Source: a virus (lineage: Duplodnaviria > Caudoviricetes). From it: a stretch of DNA of 45,717 nt. Position 1 is the stretch's first letter, and each line of letters opens with the position of its first letter. The position numbers were made by a program, and so were the translations under genes. The DNA lies in the IMG/VR virus record IMGVR_UViG_3300012894_000009, positions 1 through 45,717 of that record; one strand, 5' to 3'. Positions 36,414 to 44,473 of the stretch are shown one piece after another. The notes below the pieces were generated by a model. The model did no database searches and was not told the origin of the DNA. It saw only the letters and a list, made by a program, of their open reading frames with translations.

Positions 36414-39275
36414 GTGAGTAAGCGAGCCGCGAGGCTGGCCGGCAGCGGACGCCGACGCGTCCTCGGACAGGCAACGACCATGCCCACCCCCGTGGCGCTG
36501 CCCCGGCTGACGGTCTCGTCAGCCGGGGTGGTGCAGCGGGCCGGGCAGCCGTTCCGTGCCGCCGGCGCCAACGTCTTCCAGCTGGTGAACAACGACTACC
36601 CGAACAAGGCCGGGCGCCTGATGACGCACGCCGAGATCGACTCGCTCCTCGACAAGGCTGTCGCCCTGAAGCTCGGCGTCGTGCGGGCTCTGACGCTGGG
36701 GCAGAACATCGGCTCAACGAGCGCCCACCTGGTCGCAGGGATCACGGGAACCACCTCCCCAGTCATCACCTACCGGTCCGCGGTGTGGGAGGTCATGGAC
36801 TACGCCATCAAGGCGGCCACCGACCGCGGTCTGTACCTGGTGACGACCCTGACGGGCGAGCCCGGGTCCTACCACGGGTCGAAGAGGGACTGGGTCAACT
36901 ACCGACGGCCGGGGACGTGCTCCACGGACCTGTCGGTCAACTCCGCGAACACCCCGGCGGAGCGGGACGCCGAGGACTTCTTCTACAGCGACACGCAGAT
37001 CGGCGTGACGGACTTCCGCACCTTTACGCGAGACTTCCTGCTGCACGTGAACACCTACACGGGCCGGGCCTACAAGGACGAGTCCTCGCTCAACCTGCAG
37101 TCCGGGAACGAGATGTGGACGGCCGACAGGTTCCGCACCTGGCAGACGTCCTGGGCCGACTACGTCAAGACCATCGCGCCCGACACGCTCATCCTCGACG
37201 GCATGGGCGCCGACCTGTCCTCGTACTGGGCCACGCAGCCGGGCGGGGACGCCATCGAGCACATCATCACCACCGAGGCCCTGGCCAACCAGAGCATCAA
37301 GGTGCACACCCTGCACCCCTACTCCGTGGCCACGGCCGCCGACGTCACCGAGGCGGCCCGACGCTGCGCACAGGCAGGCAAGGCCCTGGCGGTGGACGAG
37401 TACGGCTGGTCGAAGGCCAACGCCGCGGACATCGAGGCAGCCGTGCGCGCAGCGCCCAACGCCTTCTTCTCCGCCTGGTGGTCCCTGCAGAACGACGCGG
37501 ACCTGCACAACGGCGGGCCGGGCGTCGGCTACGGCACCGACGACGCCTCCCTCTACGTGCCCGGCGCGGACTCCACTCAGACCGCGGCCATCACCCGGCT
37601 CCTCGCGCACTCCACCGCGATGACCACGGCCGGGGTGCCGGACCTCGTCGTCACGTCGCTCACCAGCTCGCCGACCAACCCGGCCGCCGGCGACTCCGTG
37701 ACCTTCTCCGGGGTGGTGAAGAACCAGGGCACGGCCACGACCCCTGCCGGCACGGTCGTGGGCCTGGCCTTTTCGATCGACGGGACCCTGGTCAACTGGT
37801 CGGACACATCTGCGACCGCCCTCGCCGCGGGCGCCTCGCGGACTCTGACGGCGAACGGTGGCCCGAACGGTACCGCGACCTGGGTAGCGACGGGCGGCAC
37901 ACACTCGCTGACCGCTGTCGTTGACGACGTCAACCGGATCACGGAGTCGGACGAGACGAACAACGCCTCGGCCACAACGACCGTGACGGTCACGGGCTCA
38001 GGTGGGGGCACCGCTACCGTCCAGCCCGGCGCCGGGGTGATGACGACGTCGAGCAATCCGGTTCGTCGAGCTCGGGAGAAAACGGACTCCATCGGCGTCG
38101 CGACCCACCTCACCTACCCGGCCTACGCCGATCTCGCACAGGTTGTCGCCAAGCTGCAGTACGTCAACATCAACCACCTGCGAGACGGATGGGGCACAGG
38201 CCGCGGGTCGATCGTCACCTACCTGCTCAACAACTACCCCAGCGCTCGGCTCTGCATGGTCCTGGACGCGAACGACTGGTCTGGCAACGCCAGCACGCAG
38301 ACGGGCGGAGTGTCCGCGTCCGCGCAGGTAGCGGAGTTCCAGAGCACGGGCCTCATGCCGCTCGTGGAGTACGTGGAGGGGCCCAACGAGCGGGACAGCA
38401 TCGCCACCGCAGCGGCGAACTACTTCGCCCCGCGCGCGGCGGCGTTCAAGGCTGCCGGGGTCAAGGTGGGTACGCCGTCGATGGCGCAGGTTAACCCGAA
38501 GTCCCCCTACGACGCGATGGCCTCGGTGCTCCAAGACCAGGTCGACGTAGTGACTCACCACCCTTACCCGGGTAGTGACTCCATGATGAACAGCACCATC
38601 CTGAACACCCTGACCACGAACAGTCGCAGCTTCTTCTCCACCGCGAAGCTGGCCTTGACGGACCCTATCCCGATGATCTTCACCGAGACGGGGTTCGCCA
38701 CCAGCGCCAACGGCGACCAGGGCAAGTCGATGCCCCCCACGGGGCCGTTCGCTCACCAGCACCTGCGGATCTGGTCGAAGTCGTTCCTGGGACTACCGGG
38801 CAAGATGTACGCGGCTCGCGTCTACAAGTACGAGCTCATCGACCAGGGCGCTGCCGACGTCGAGAGCACGTTCGGGCTCTTCGACAGCAGCGGCAACCCG
38901 AAGCCGGTCGCGACGGCGATCCGGAACTCGCAGATGCTCGAGATGGACAACGACCCTGCCGCGCTGACCTTCACCCCGGTCGACGTGCCTGGGATCACGA
39001 TCACCGGGACCAACTCCGGCACCGATGTCCTGAAGCTGCAGAAGGCCAACGGCGAGTGGTGGTACGAGATCTGGCAGAACGACGTCACCTTCGCCACCAC
39101 CGGGGCACGCACTGAAGTCCACCCGTCCGGGGTGAACGTGACGCTGAGCTGGACGGGCTCTCGCAGCGTCTCGGTGTACCGGCCCACCTCGTCCCAGACG
39201 GCCACCCAGACGGCCACCGGGTCCTCCATCACGGTGACCTCCAGCTACGACCCGATCTACCTGCGGATCGTCTAG
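36414..39275 (+). CDS. Bifunctional glycoside hydrolase: GH5-like, CARDB, second clan GH-A domain
   Basis: FRAAGAN...SGNEMW...LHPY...VDEYGW; PDLVVT...VVKNQG...VDDVNRITESDETNN (CARDB); EGPNE...HHPYPG...FTETG...YELID. Confidence 0.8.
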   Translation: MSKRAARLAGSGRRRVLGQATTMPTPVALPRLTVSSAGVVQRAGQPFRAAGANVFQLVNNDYPNKAGRLMTHAEIDSLLDKAVALKLGVVRALTLGQNIGSTSAHLVAGITGTTSPVITYRSAVWEVMDYAIKAATDRGLYLVTTLTGEPGSYHGSKRDWVNYRRPGTCSTDLSVNSANTPAERDAEDFFYSDTQIGVTDFRTFTRDFLLHVNTYTGRAYKDESSLNLQSGNEMWTADRFRTWQTSWADYVKTIAPDTLILDGMGADLSSYWATQPGGDAIEHIITTEALANQSIKVHTLHPYSVATAADVTEAARRCAQAGKALAVDEYGWSKANAADIEAAVRAAPNAFFSAWWSLQNDADLHNGGPGVGYGTDDASLYVPGADSTQTAAITRLLAHSTAMTTAGVPDLVVTSLTSSPTNPAAGDSVTFSGVVKNQGTATTPAGTVVGLAFSIDGTLVNWSDTSATALAAGASRTLTANGGPNGTATWVATGGTHSLTAVVDDVNRITESDETNNASATTTVTVTGSGGGTATVQPGAGVMTTSSNPVRRAREKTDSIGVATHLTYPAYADLAQVVAKLQYVNINHLRDGWGTGRGSIVTYLLNNYPSARLCMVLDANDWSGNASTQTGGVSASAQVAEFQSTGLMPLVEYVEGPNERDSIATAAANYFAPRAAAFKAAGVKVGTPSMAQVNPKSPYDAMASVLQDQVDVVTHHPYPGSDSMMNSTILNTLTTNSRSFFSTAKLALTDPIPMIFTETGFATSANGDQGKSMPPTGPFAHQHLRIWSKSFLGLPGKMYAARVYKYELIDQGAADVESTFGLFDSSGNPKPVATAIRNSQMLEMDNDPAALTFTPVDVPGITITGTNSGTDVLKLQKANGEWWYEIWQNDVTFATTGARTEVHPSGVNVTLSWTGSRSVSVYRPTSSQTATQTATGSSITVTSSYDPIYLRIV

Positions 39276-39797
39276 ATGACGGGCGACAGCGAGCACAAGC
39301 GCCACGGATGGCACCTCTACCTGCACCAGCGAATGGAGTTGCCCATGGCGCTCACCCGCCGCATCCTGCGCGGTCGAGTCGGTCGGCGAGGAGAGTTCCT
39401 CATCTTCGCCGGCGCCGCCTTCGTCCTCATCGGCTACGGCTACGTCGTCTCCCCTGTCCTGCGGCGATCCGGCGTGCATGTCGTGCACGACCTCGTTCCC
39501 CCGCCCTGGTGGGGGGTGGCGTGGATCGTGGCCGGCGTCGTCGGTGTCGCCTTCGCCTGGGCCCGCAAGCCCGGACGAGACCGCCTCGGGTACGCCGCGC
39601 TCATCCTCATGCCGTCCCTGCAGGCCGGGTCCTACGCCACCTCCTGGGTGCTGTACCTGATCCACCAGCCCGGGGACCCGCGAGGCGTCTACTCCGCCCT
39701 GGTCTACGTGGCCTTCGCCCGCTTCATCACCATCACGGCGGGCTGGCCGGAGCCCAGGGTGAGCCTCGCGGACCTGCGCCCACGAGGTGACCTGTGA
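39276..39797 (+). CDS. Four-TM membrane protein (holin-like/lysis accessory)
   Basis: Four hydrophobic segments ending GWPEP; alternative start at 39345. Confidence 0.65.
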   Translation: MTGDSEHKRHGWHLYLHQRMELPMALTRRILRGRVGRRGEFLIFAGAAFVLIGYGYVVSPVLRRSGVHVVHDLVPPPWWGVAWIVAGVVGVAFAWARKPGRDRLGYAALILMPSLQAGSYATSWVLYLIHQPGDPRGVYSALVYVAFARFITITAGWPEPRVSLADLRPRGDL

Positions 39798-40171
39798 TGG
39801 GCGACGCGTGGGTCAACGGCGTGTCCGTGGTCCTCGTGGCGATCATCGGCGCCTACGCCACCCGCAGCGCCGTGCGTGCAGGCCGCAAGGCAGGCACCGA
39901 GCAGGAGTCCATCGAGGCGGGCGTCATCTCCACGCAGTCCTTCGTGGACATCGTCGGCACCTACGAGGGGCGCCTGCACGACCTGGAGAGGCGGGCGAGG
40001 AAGACCGAGGAAGACCTCGACAAGACCAAGAGGGACCTCGACGGGATGCACGACTGGAAGCGCGCGGCGATCCGCTACATCCGGGCCCTGCGCCAGCACA
40101 GCGTGCACCACCTGCCCGGCGAGGTGCTGCCCGAACCGCCCCCCGAGCTGCTCCTCGACCTCGCCGACTGA
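39794..40171 (+). CDS. One-TM coiled-coil lysis accessory protein
   Basis: N-terminal TM, coiled coil, AAIRYIRAL...PEPPPELL. Confidence 0.65.
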   Translation: MMGDAWVNGVSVVLVAIIGAYATRSAVRAGRKAGTEQESIEAGVISTQSFVDIVGTYEGRLHDLERRARKTEEDLDKTKRDLDGMHDWKRAAIRYIRALRQHSVHHLPGEVLPEPPPELLLDLAD

Positions 40172-40177
40172 CCCCGC

Positions 40178-40215
40178 CACGACGGGCCCGCCGCACCAGC
40201 AACGGGCCCGTCGTG
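40178..40215 (+). terminator. 13-bp stem hairpin before the endolysin
   Basis: CACGACGGGCCCG pairs with CGGGCCCGTCGTG. Confidence 0.55.
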
Positions 40216-40245
40216 CTGTCCACACCCCGACCACATGGAGGCGCT

Positions 40246-40356
40246 GTGAGCACCGACCCCACCAACTGGCCTGAGCCGGACCCCGACGACGGCGACGGCT
40301 CGCAGTACGCGGAGACCGAGGAGAACGACGGCACCCCGGGAGCCGTGCACCCGTGA
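40246..40356 (+). CDS. 36-aa acidic micro-protein
   Basis: GGAGG RBS; GTGA coupling to the endolysin. Confidence 0.5.
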   Translation: MSTDPTNWPEPDPDDGDGSQYAETEENDGTPGAVHP

Positions 40357-41105
40357 CCATCACCAAGACGATCCCGGCGATCAACACCGCCACCGGGAAG
40401 CCCCGCTACTCCAGCCGCGGCGGCGCCAAGGTGCGCCTGCTGATCCTGCACACCATGGAGGGCGCCCGGACCGTCGAGGCGTGCGGGTCCTGGTTCCGCA
40501 ACCCCGCCGCGCCGAACGCCTCCAGCCACGTGGGCATCGACGACGACGACACCGCGCTCTACGTCCCCTACGAGTACAGCGCCTGGACCGCAGCCAGCGC
40601 GAACCCCGTCGCGGACCAGGCCGAGCTCGCCGCCTTCGCCGCTTGGAGCCCCGCCGAGTGGGACACCCACGCCGGGATGATCGAGCGCACCGCCCAGTGG
40701 GTGGCCGAGCGAGCCAAGGCCCGCGGCATCCCCCTCGTGCGCCTGCACGACAAGCAGACCAAGACCGGCACCGGCGTCTGCATGCACGTCGACATCACCC
40801 GCGGCTGGGGTGTCGGCACCCACCAGGACTGCGGCGCCAGCTTCCCCATCGACCGCATCATCGCCCGCGCCATCCAGATCAACACCGTCAACCTCGTGGA
40901 GGACATCGTGGCCAGCCTGAACGACGACGAGAAGGGCCGCCTCATGCGGGCCATCGACAACTACAACCGGACCTGGGACGAGATGCAGGAGTCCAAGGTC
41001 GACGGCAAGAAGCTCTGGCTCGCCGACGCCCTGATGTTCCAGGAGGCCAACGTCGCCAAGGTCCCCGCACTGCTCCAGCGCCTCGTCGACAAGCTGGGGG
41101 CCTGA
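40353..41105 (+). CDS. Endolysin, N-acetylmuramoyl-L-alanine amidase (Amidase_2)
   Basis: LILHTMEG, ASSHVGID, AWTA, AEL, HVDI...THQDCG..FP. Confidence 0.88.
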   Translation: MTITKTIPAINTATGKPRYSSRGGAKVRLLILHTMEGARTVEACGSWFRNPAAPNASSHVGIDDDDTALYVPYEYSAWTAASANPVADQAELAAFAAWSPAEWDTHAGMIERTAQWVAERAKARGIPLVRLHDKQTKTGTGVCMHVDITRGWGVGTHQDCGASFPIDRIIARAIQINTVNLVEDIVASLNDDEKGRLMRAIDNYNRTWDEMQESKVDGKKLWLADALMFQEANVAKVPALLQRLVDKLGA

Positions 41106-41107
41106 CC

Positions 41108-41371
41108 ATGGCCAAGCACGCCACCAGCACGTCCTGGAAGCCCTGGGCCACGAAGGCCGGCCGCCAGGCCAAGGCCATCGCCTCCACCCTCGTGGCCGCC
41201 GCCGGCGGCACCGTCCTCGCCGCCCTGGCCGACGGCCAGATCACCGGCCAGGAGTGGTGGGGCATCGCCGTCGTCGCGGCCGCCGCCTACGGCATCACCT
41301 TCAGCGTGCCCAACGCCCCCAACCGGCGCGCGCAGATCATGCCCGTCACCGATGCCCGCGACGGCAGCTGA
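41108..41371 (+). CDS. Holin
   Basis: AKAIA.....AG...L.DGQITGQEW...AAAAYGITF.VPN two-TM pattern after the endolysin. Confidence 0.8.
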   Translation: MAKHATSTSWKPWATKAGRQAKAIASTLVAAAGGTVLAALADGQITGQEWWGIAVVAAAAYGITFSVPNAPNRRAQIMPVTDARDGS

Positions 41372-42200
41372 GGTCGAGGCGTTCGTCGCACGCCACTGGA
41401 CCCTCGCCCACCGAGTGATCGGGGCGAGGGTCCGGTCGCTGCCCGACGCCCACCACGACGACGCCCGCAGCGACGGGCTCCTCGCCCTGTGGGAAGCCGC
41501 CCAGACCCACAACCCGGCCAAGGGTGGCGAGGTCTCGCACGTCATCCGCACGATCAACTGGCGGACCATCGACCGGTACCGCGGCCGCCACGGCCGCCCC
41601 GGCACCCCCAGCTACCGACCGCCCCCGGACAGCCTCGACGACCTCCCGCCGGCGCTCGCCGACCCTGCCGACCCCGTCGACCTGATCACCGAGCTCGTTG
41701 ACGGCCGCGCGGTCCACGAGGTCCTCGAGGCGCTGCAGGAGCAGCACCGCGACGTCCTCACCGCGCACTACCTCGACGAGCAAAGCTTCGCCGAGCTGGG
41801 TCGCGAGTGGGGCGTCAGCGAGTCTGGCGCCTTCCGGCGGGTCAGCACCGCCCTCGAGATCGCCCGCCGGGTCCGCGACGGCCTGCCGGCCACCACTCAG
41901 AAGCGGCCCAGCCACATCACCTGCGGCGACTGCGGCGCCCTGGTCCCGGTCAAGGCCACCGGCCGCATGCCCCGCTACTGCTCCAGCTACCACGCGTGGC
42001 GAGCCCGCACGAAGCACGCGCCCCACCTCCCCGCCCAGCGGTCGAGGTGGGGCGCCTTCGTGCGTTCAGCCAGTACCGGCTGCTGCCGACCAGCTGACGG
42101 TGACTGCCGACGACCTCACCGTCCGTCTGCTGCCCACCGACCCACGCGACATGGTGCCGTCCGCAGTCGCCTGGGCTCAGGCCGTCGAGGGGGACGTTGA
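41352..42200 (+). CDS. Sigma-70-family (FliA/WhiG/ECF-like) factor with C-terminal Zn finger
   Basis: Region 2 DDARSDGLLALWEAAQTHNP; region 4 LEALQEQHRDVL..HY...SFAELGREWGVSES; CGDCG...GRMPRYCS; 3' end uncertain. Confidence 0.75.
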   Translation: MPATAAEVEAFVARHWTLAHRVIGARVRSLPDAHHDDARSDGLLALWEAAQTHNPAKGGEVSHVIRTINWRTIDRYRGRHGRPGTPSYRPPPDSLDDLPPALADPADPVDLITELVDGRAVHEVLEALQEQHRDVLTAHYLDEQSFAELGREWGVSESGAFRRVSTALEIARRVRDGLPATTQKRPSHITCGDCGALVPVKATGRMPRYCSSYHAWRARTKHAPHLPAQRSRWGAFVRSASTGCCRPADGDCRRPHRPSAAHRPTRHGAVRSRLGSGRRGGR

Positions 42201-42453
42201 CACGGTGCCGGCCACGGAGATCGTCCCGGGCTACCGCGACTCCCTCACCTTGGTCATCTGGACGCTCGCCGCGGCTGCGGACTACGAGGACCGCATCCCC
42301 GCCGACCACACCGCGGCCATGCTCGCCATGGAGGCCGGCGTGGGCGCCAGGACGTGGCAGAAGCGCACCGCCTGGCTACGCGCACGTGGGTGGCTCGAGC
42401 ACGGCCCTGGCGGCCGGCAGTCCGACGGCTGGCAGCTGCGGGCGGCCCGATGA
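42100..42453 (+). CDS. Winged-HTH protein
   Basis: TAAMLAMEAGVGARTWQKRTAWLRARGWLEH; high-GC3 codons from GTG 42100. Confidence 0.6.
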   Translation: MTADDLTVRLLPTDPRDMVPSAVAWAQAVEGDVDTVPATEIVPGYRDSLTLVIWTLAAAADYEDRIPADHTAAMLAMEAGVGARTWQKRTAWLRARGWLEHGPGGRQSDGWQLRAAR

Positions 42454-42698
42454 GACCTCCACCATCGAATGGCTCGCCGACGTCGCAGAAGGCGCGGCAG
42501 TGGCGGACGTCCATGGCGGCCTGGCGCCGGCACGAGCCGTGGAGCGCACAGGAGGACCAGCAGCTCGCCGCCTGTGACACCGCGGACGACCTGGAGGCCT
42601 TCGCCGTGCGATGGGCCCGCACCTTCGCGGCCTGTGAGCAGAGACGACGGCGACCTCAACATCGCCCCGACAGCATCACTGCCCGGCTGCCCTCCTGA
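42450..42698 (+). CDS. Small protein with Myb/SANT-like motif
   Basis: PWSAQEDQQL...FAVRWARTFAACEQRRRR; ATGA coupling. Confidence 0.55.
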   Translation: MRPPPSNGSPTSQKARQWRTSMAAWRRHEPWSAQEDQQLAACDTADDLEAFAVRWARTFAACEQRRRRPQHRPDSITARLPS

Positions 42699-42806
42699 TC
42701 CCTCAAGGCCCCTAGACCCCCGTTGCCCTCCACCCGGTGACACGGATGGGCGGCGAAGCCTGGAAGGTGGCTGCCCTCGTCAGCCGCACATGTGTAGTCT
42801 CGCGGC

Positions 42807-43583
42807 ATGCCTCGACAATGGCGGATCCTCCTCGCCATCGAGTGGACTCCCATGATCGCTTTCATGCGGAAGCGCCTCAAGCTCACCGACTGGCTCGATG
42901 AGCACACGTCGCCGCAAGCCTTCATCGACGAGGCGGATCACGTCGGCGTTGCCCTAGGGGACCTAGACACCCGCGCGGTCATCAGCCGAGAGCGCATGAT
43001 CATTACCGCATCCTCGACTGAGGCGCTACCTTCACTACGCCCCGTCGTTGACGCAGTCTTCACTGTGATGGAGCCCAAGCTGCCCGGACTGGCCCACAGC
43101 CGGGTGACCCTCACGCACCCGTTGACCGGGAGCTACACGGAGCTGATCGCCGACTTCGCGCACCGAGCTGGCCTGAGCAACGCGGTACTGCCGCCCGGCG
43201 TACATGCTGTAGACTCTTCCGTTCTCACGGACATGCGTGATGATGCCCGCAGGGTCCAGATTGAGTGGGGAGTCGTCAACCGTAACGAGCTCTTCGACAG
43301 GGTCTCGGACTGGTCCTTCGGTCGGCTCTCCAGTCCCGGCGCAGACCTGTCGACAGGACCACGGGCACTCTCGGCGTTCGGGAAGCCCGCCGACGTCAGC
43401 GAGGTTAGCCTGCTGACGGATGTGTCGATGTACGGAGAGCCGCCGATCGACATCACTGACAGTGAGCATCTGTTCAGTACCGCTGAGAACGAAGTTCGGC
43501 ATGCATCTGCGATCGGTACGGCGGTCGCAGACGGCATCAAAAGTCAAGGAGGTGAGCATAGTGACCACGCTTTCGTTCGCTGA
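42807..43583 (+). CDS. Hypothetical 258-aa protein, first gene of the TA-like operon
   Basis: TAGTCT -10 hexamer 6 nt before the ATG; alpha/beta pattern; atypical codon usage; overlaps the next gene. Confidence 0.75.
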   Translation: MPRQWRILLAIEWTPMIAFMRKRLKLTDWLDEHTSPQAFIDEADHVGVALGDLDTRAVISRERMIITASSTEALPSLRPVVDAVFTVMEPKLPGLAHSRVTLTHPLTGSYTELIADFAHRAGLSNAVLPPGVHAVDSSVLTDMRDDARRVQIEWGVVNRNELFDRVSDWSFGRLSSPGADLSTGPRALSAFGKPADVSEVSLLTDVSMYGEPPIDITDSEHLFSTAENEVRHASAIGTAVADGIKSQGGEHSDHAFVR

Positions 43584-43824
43584 GCGCGTGACGCGTGAGG
43601 GATTCGGCCGCTCTGACGCTTGGGTCAAGCTCGAACCCCTACGTCGTCAGCCGAGCCAGCCCACCGAAGAGGTGCTCGGAACCCTCCTGGATCTGCGCAT
43701 GCGCATCCTTGGAGGCCAGGAGAAGGGCTCGATTGACCTTGACGACGTCGACGACTACGGCAGTGGCGACGCAGCGCTCGCCGACGAGGTCGCCGAGGCG
43801 CACGACGCCATCTGGGACGTCTGA
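43561..43824 (+). CDS. Putative antitoxin (87 aa, acidic C-terminus)
   Basis: GGAGG RBS; DLDDVDDYGSGDAALADEVAEAHDAIWDV directly upstream of the toxin. Confidence 0.65.
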   Translation: MTTLSFAERVTREGFGRSDAWVKLEPLRRQPSQPTEEVLGTLLDLRMRILGGQEKGSIDLDDVDDYGSGDAALADEVAEAHDAIWDV

Positions 43825-43833
43825 CCCTCAGCC

Positions 43834-44199
43834 GTGACGGCGCTCCAACGGGGTCAGATTCGGTGGGCCAAGGTGCCCTTCACCGACGACCCTGAGCAGC
43901 AAAAGCATCGCCCTGTCGTCATCATCGGGTGGTCCACGCAGGACCCTCGGACGGATGACAGGGTGGTGCTCGTCGTGCCCATCACCAGCTTCGGGGAGGT
44001 ACCCGCGCCCCGGCGTGGTGACATCGAGATCCCCAACTGGCAAGCGTGCGGCCTGGAGAAGCGCAGCTGGGTACGCGCGCGACGTCTCTGGGGAGCTTCC
44101 CCAGAAGCCATCGACCGGCGCAAGGGCTGCACAGGCAACCTGTGGCCCGAGACCTTGGTTGACGTGATCAGCGAGTTCTCGCAGCTCTTTGCTGGCTAG
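43834..44199 (+). CDS. PemK/MazF-family endoribonuclease toxin
   Basis: RGQIRW..VPFTD....KHRPVVII...VVPITS...GL...SWVR...G.L. Confidence 0.85.
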   Translation: MTALQRGQIRWAKVPFTDDPEQQKHRPVVIIGWSTQDPRTDDRVVLVVPITSFGEVPAPRRGDIEIPNWQACGLEKRSWVRARRLWGASPEAIDRRKGCTGNLWPETLVDVISEFSQLFAG

Positions 44200-44245
44200 T
44201 TGCCGGCTGCGTGCTGGCCGAGATGCGTCGCCCTACCCTGCGCTC

Positions 44246-44281
44246 ATGGACGACGAGTACGGCGTGACCCTCCATCGCTGA
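44246..44281 (+). pseudogene. Truncated copy of the 44474 gene (MDDEYGVTLHR)
   Basis: 20/22 nt identical to the start of 44474, same -10 spacing. Confidence 0.45.
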
Positions 44282-44473
44282 CCCTCACGCTGCGGGAGGT
44301 TGCGCGTTTGCCCGCAAGGAGCTCGGGTAGGAGCGGCTGTGGGTAGCGTTGAGACAGCCAGCGTCTGCGGTGGTCGGGCGGCCGGCTGCCCGGCGTCGCG
44401 TTGAGCAGAAGCGCGGCGCCGGCCTTGCCGCCAGAGCCGGCCCGCAGCCAGCCCCCCCGGTTACCGTGACTGC

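Noticed and set aside
39194-39218. CCAGACGGCCAC tandem duplication
   Set aside because: Two in-frame 12-bp copies (QTAT) with no evidence of phase variation
30654-39275. Diversity-generating retroelement or invertible fibre cassette
   Set aside because: No reverse transcriptase, no TR/VR pair and no invertase or flanking inverted repeats seen by eye
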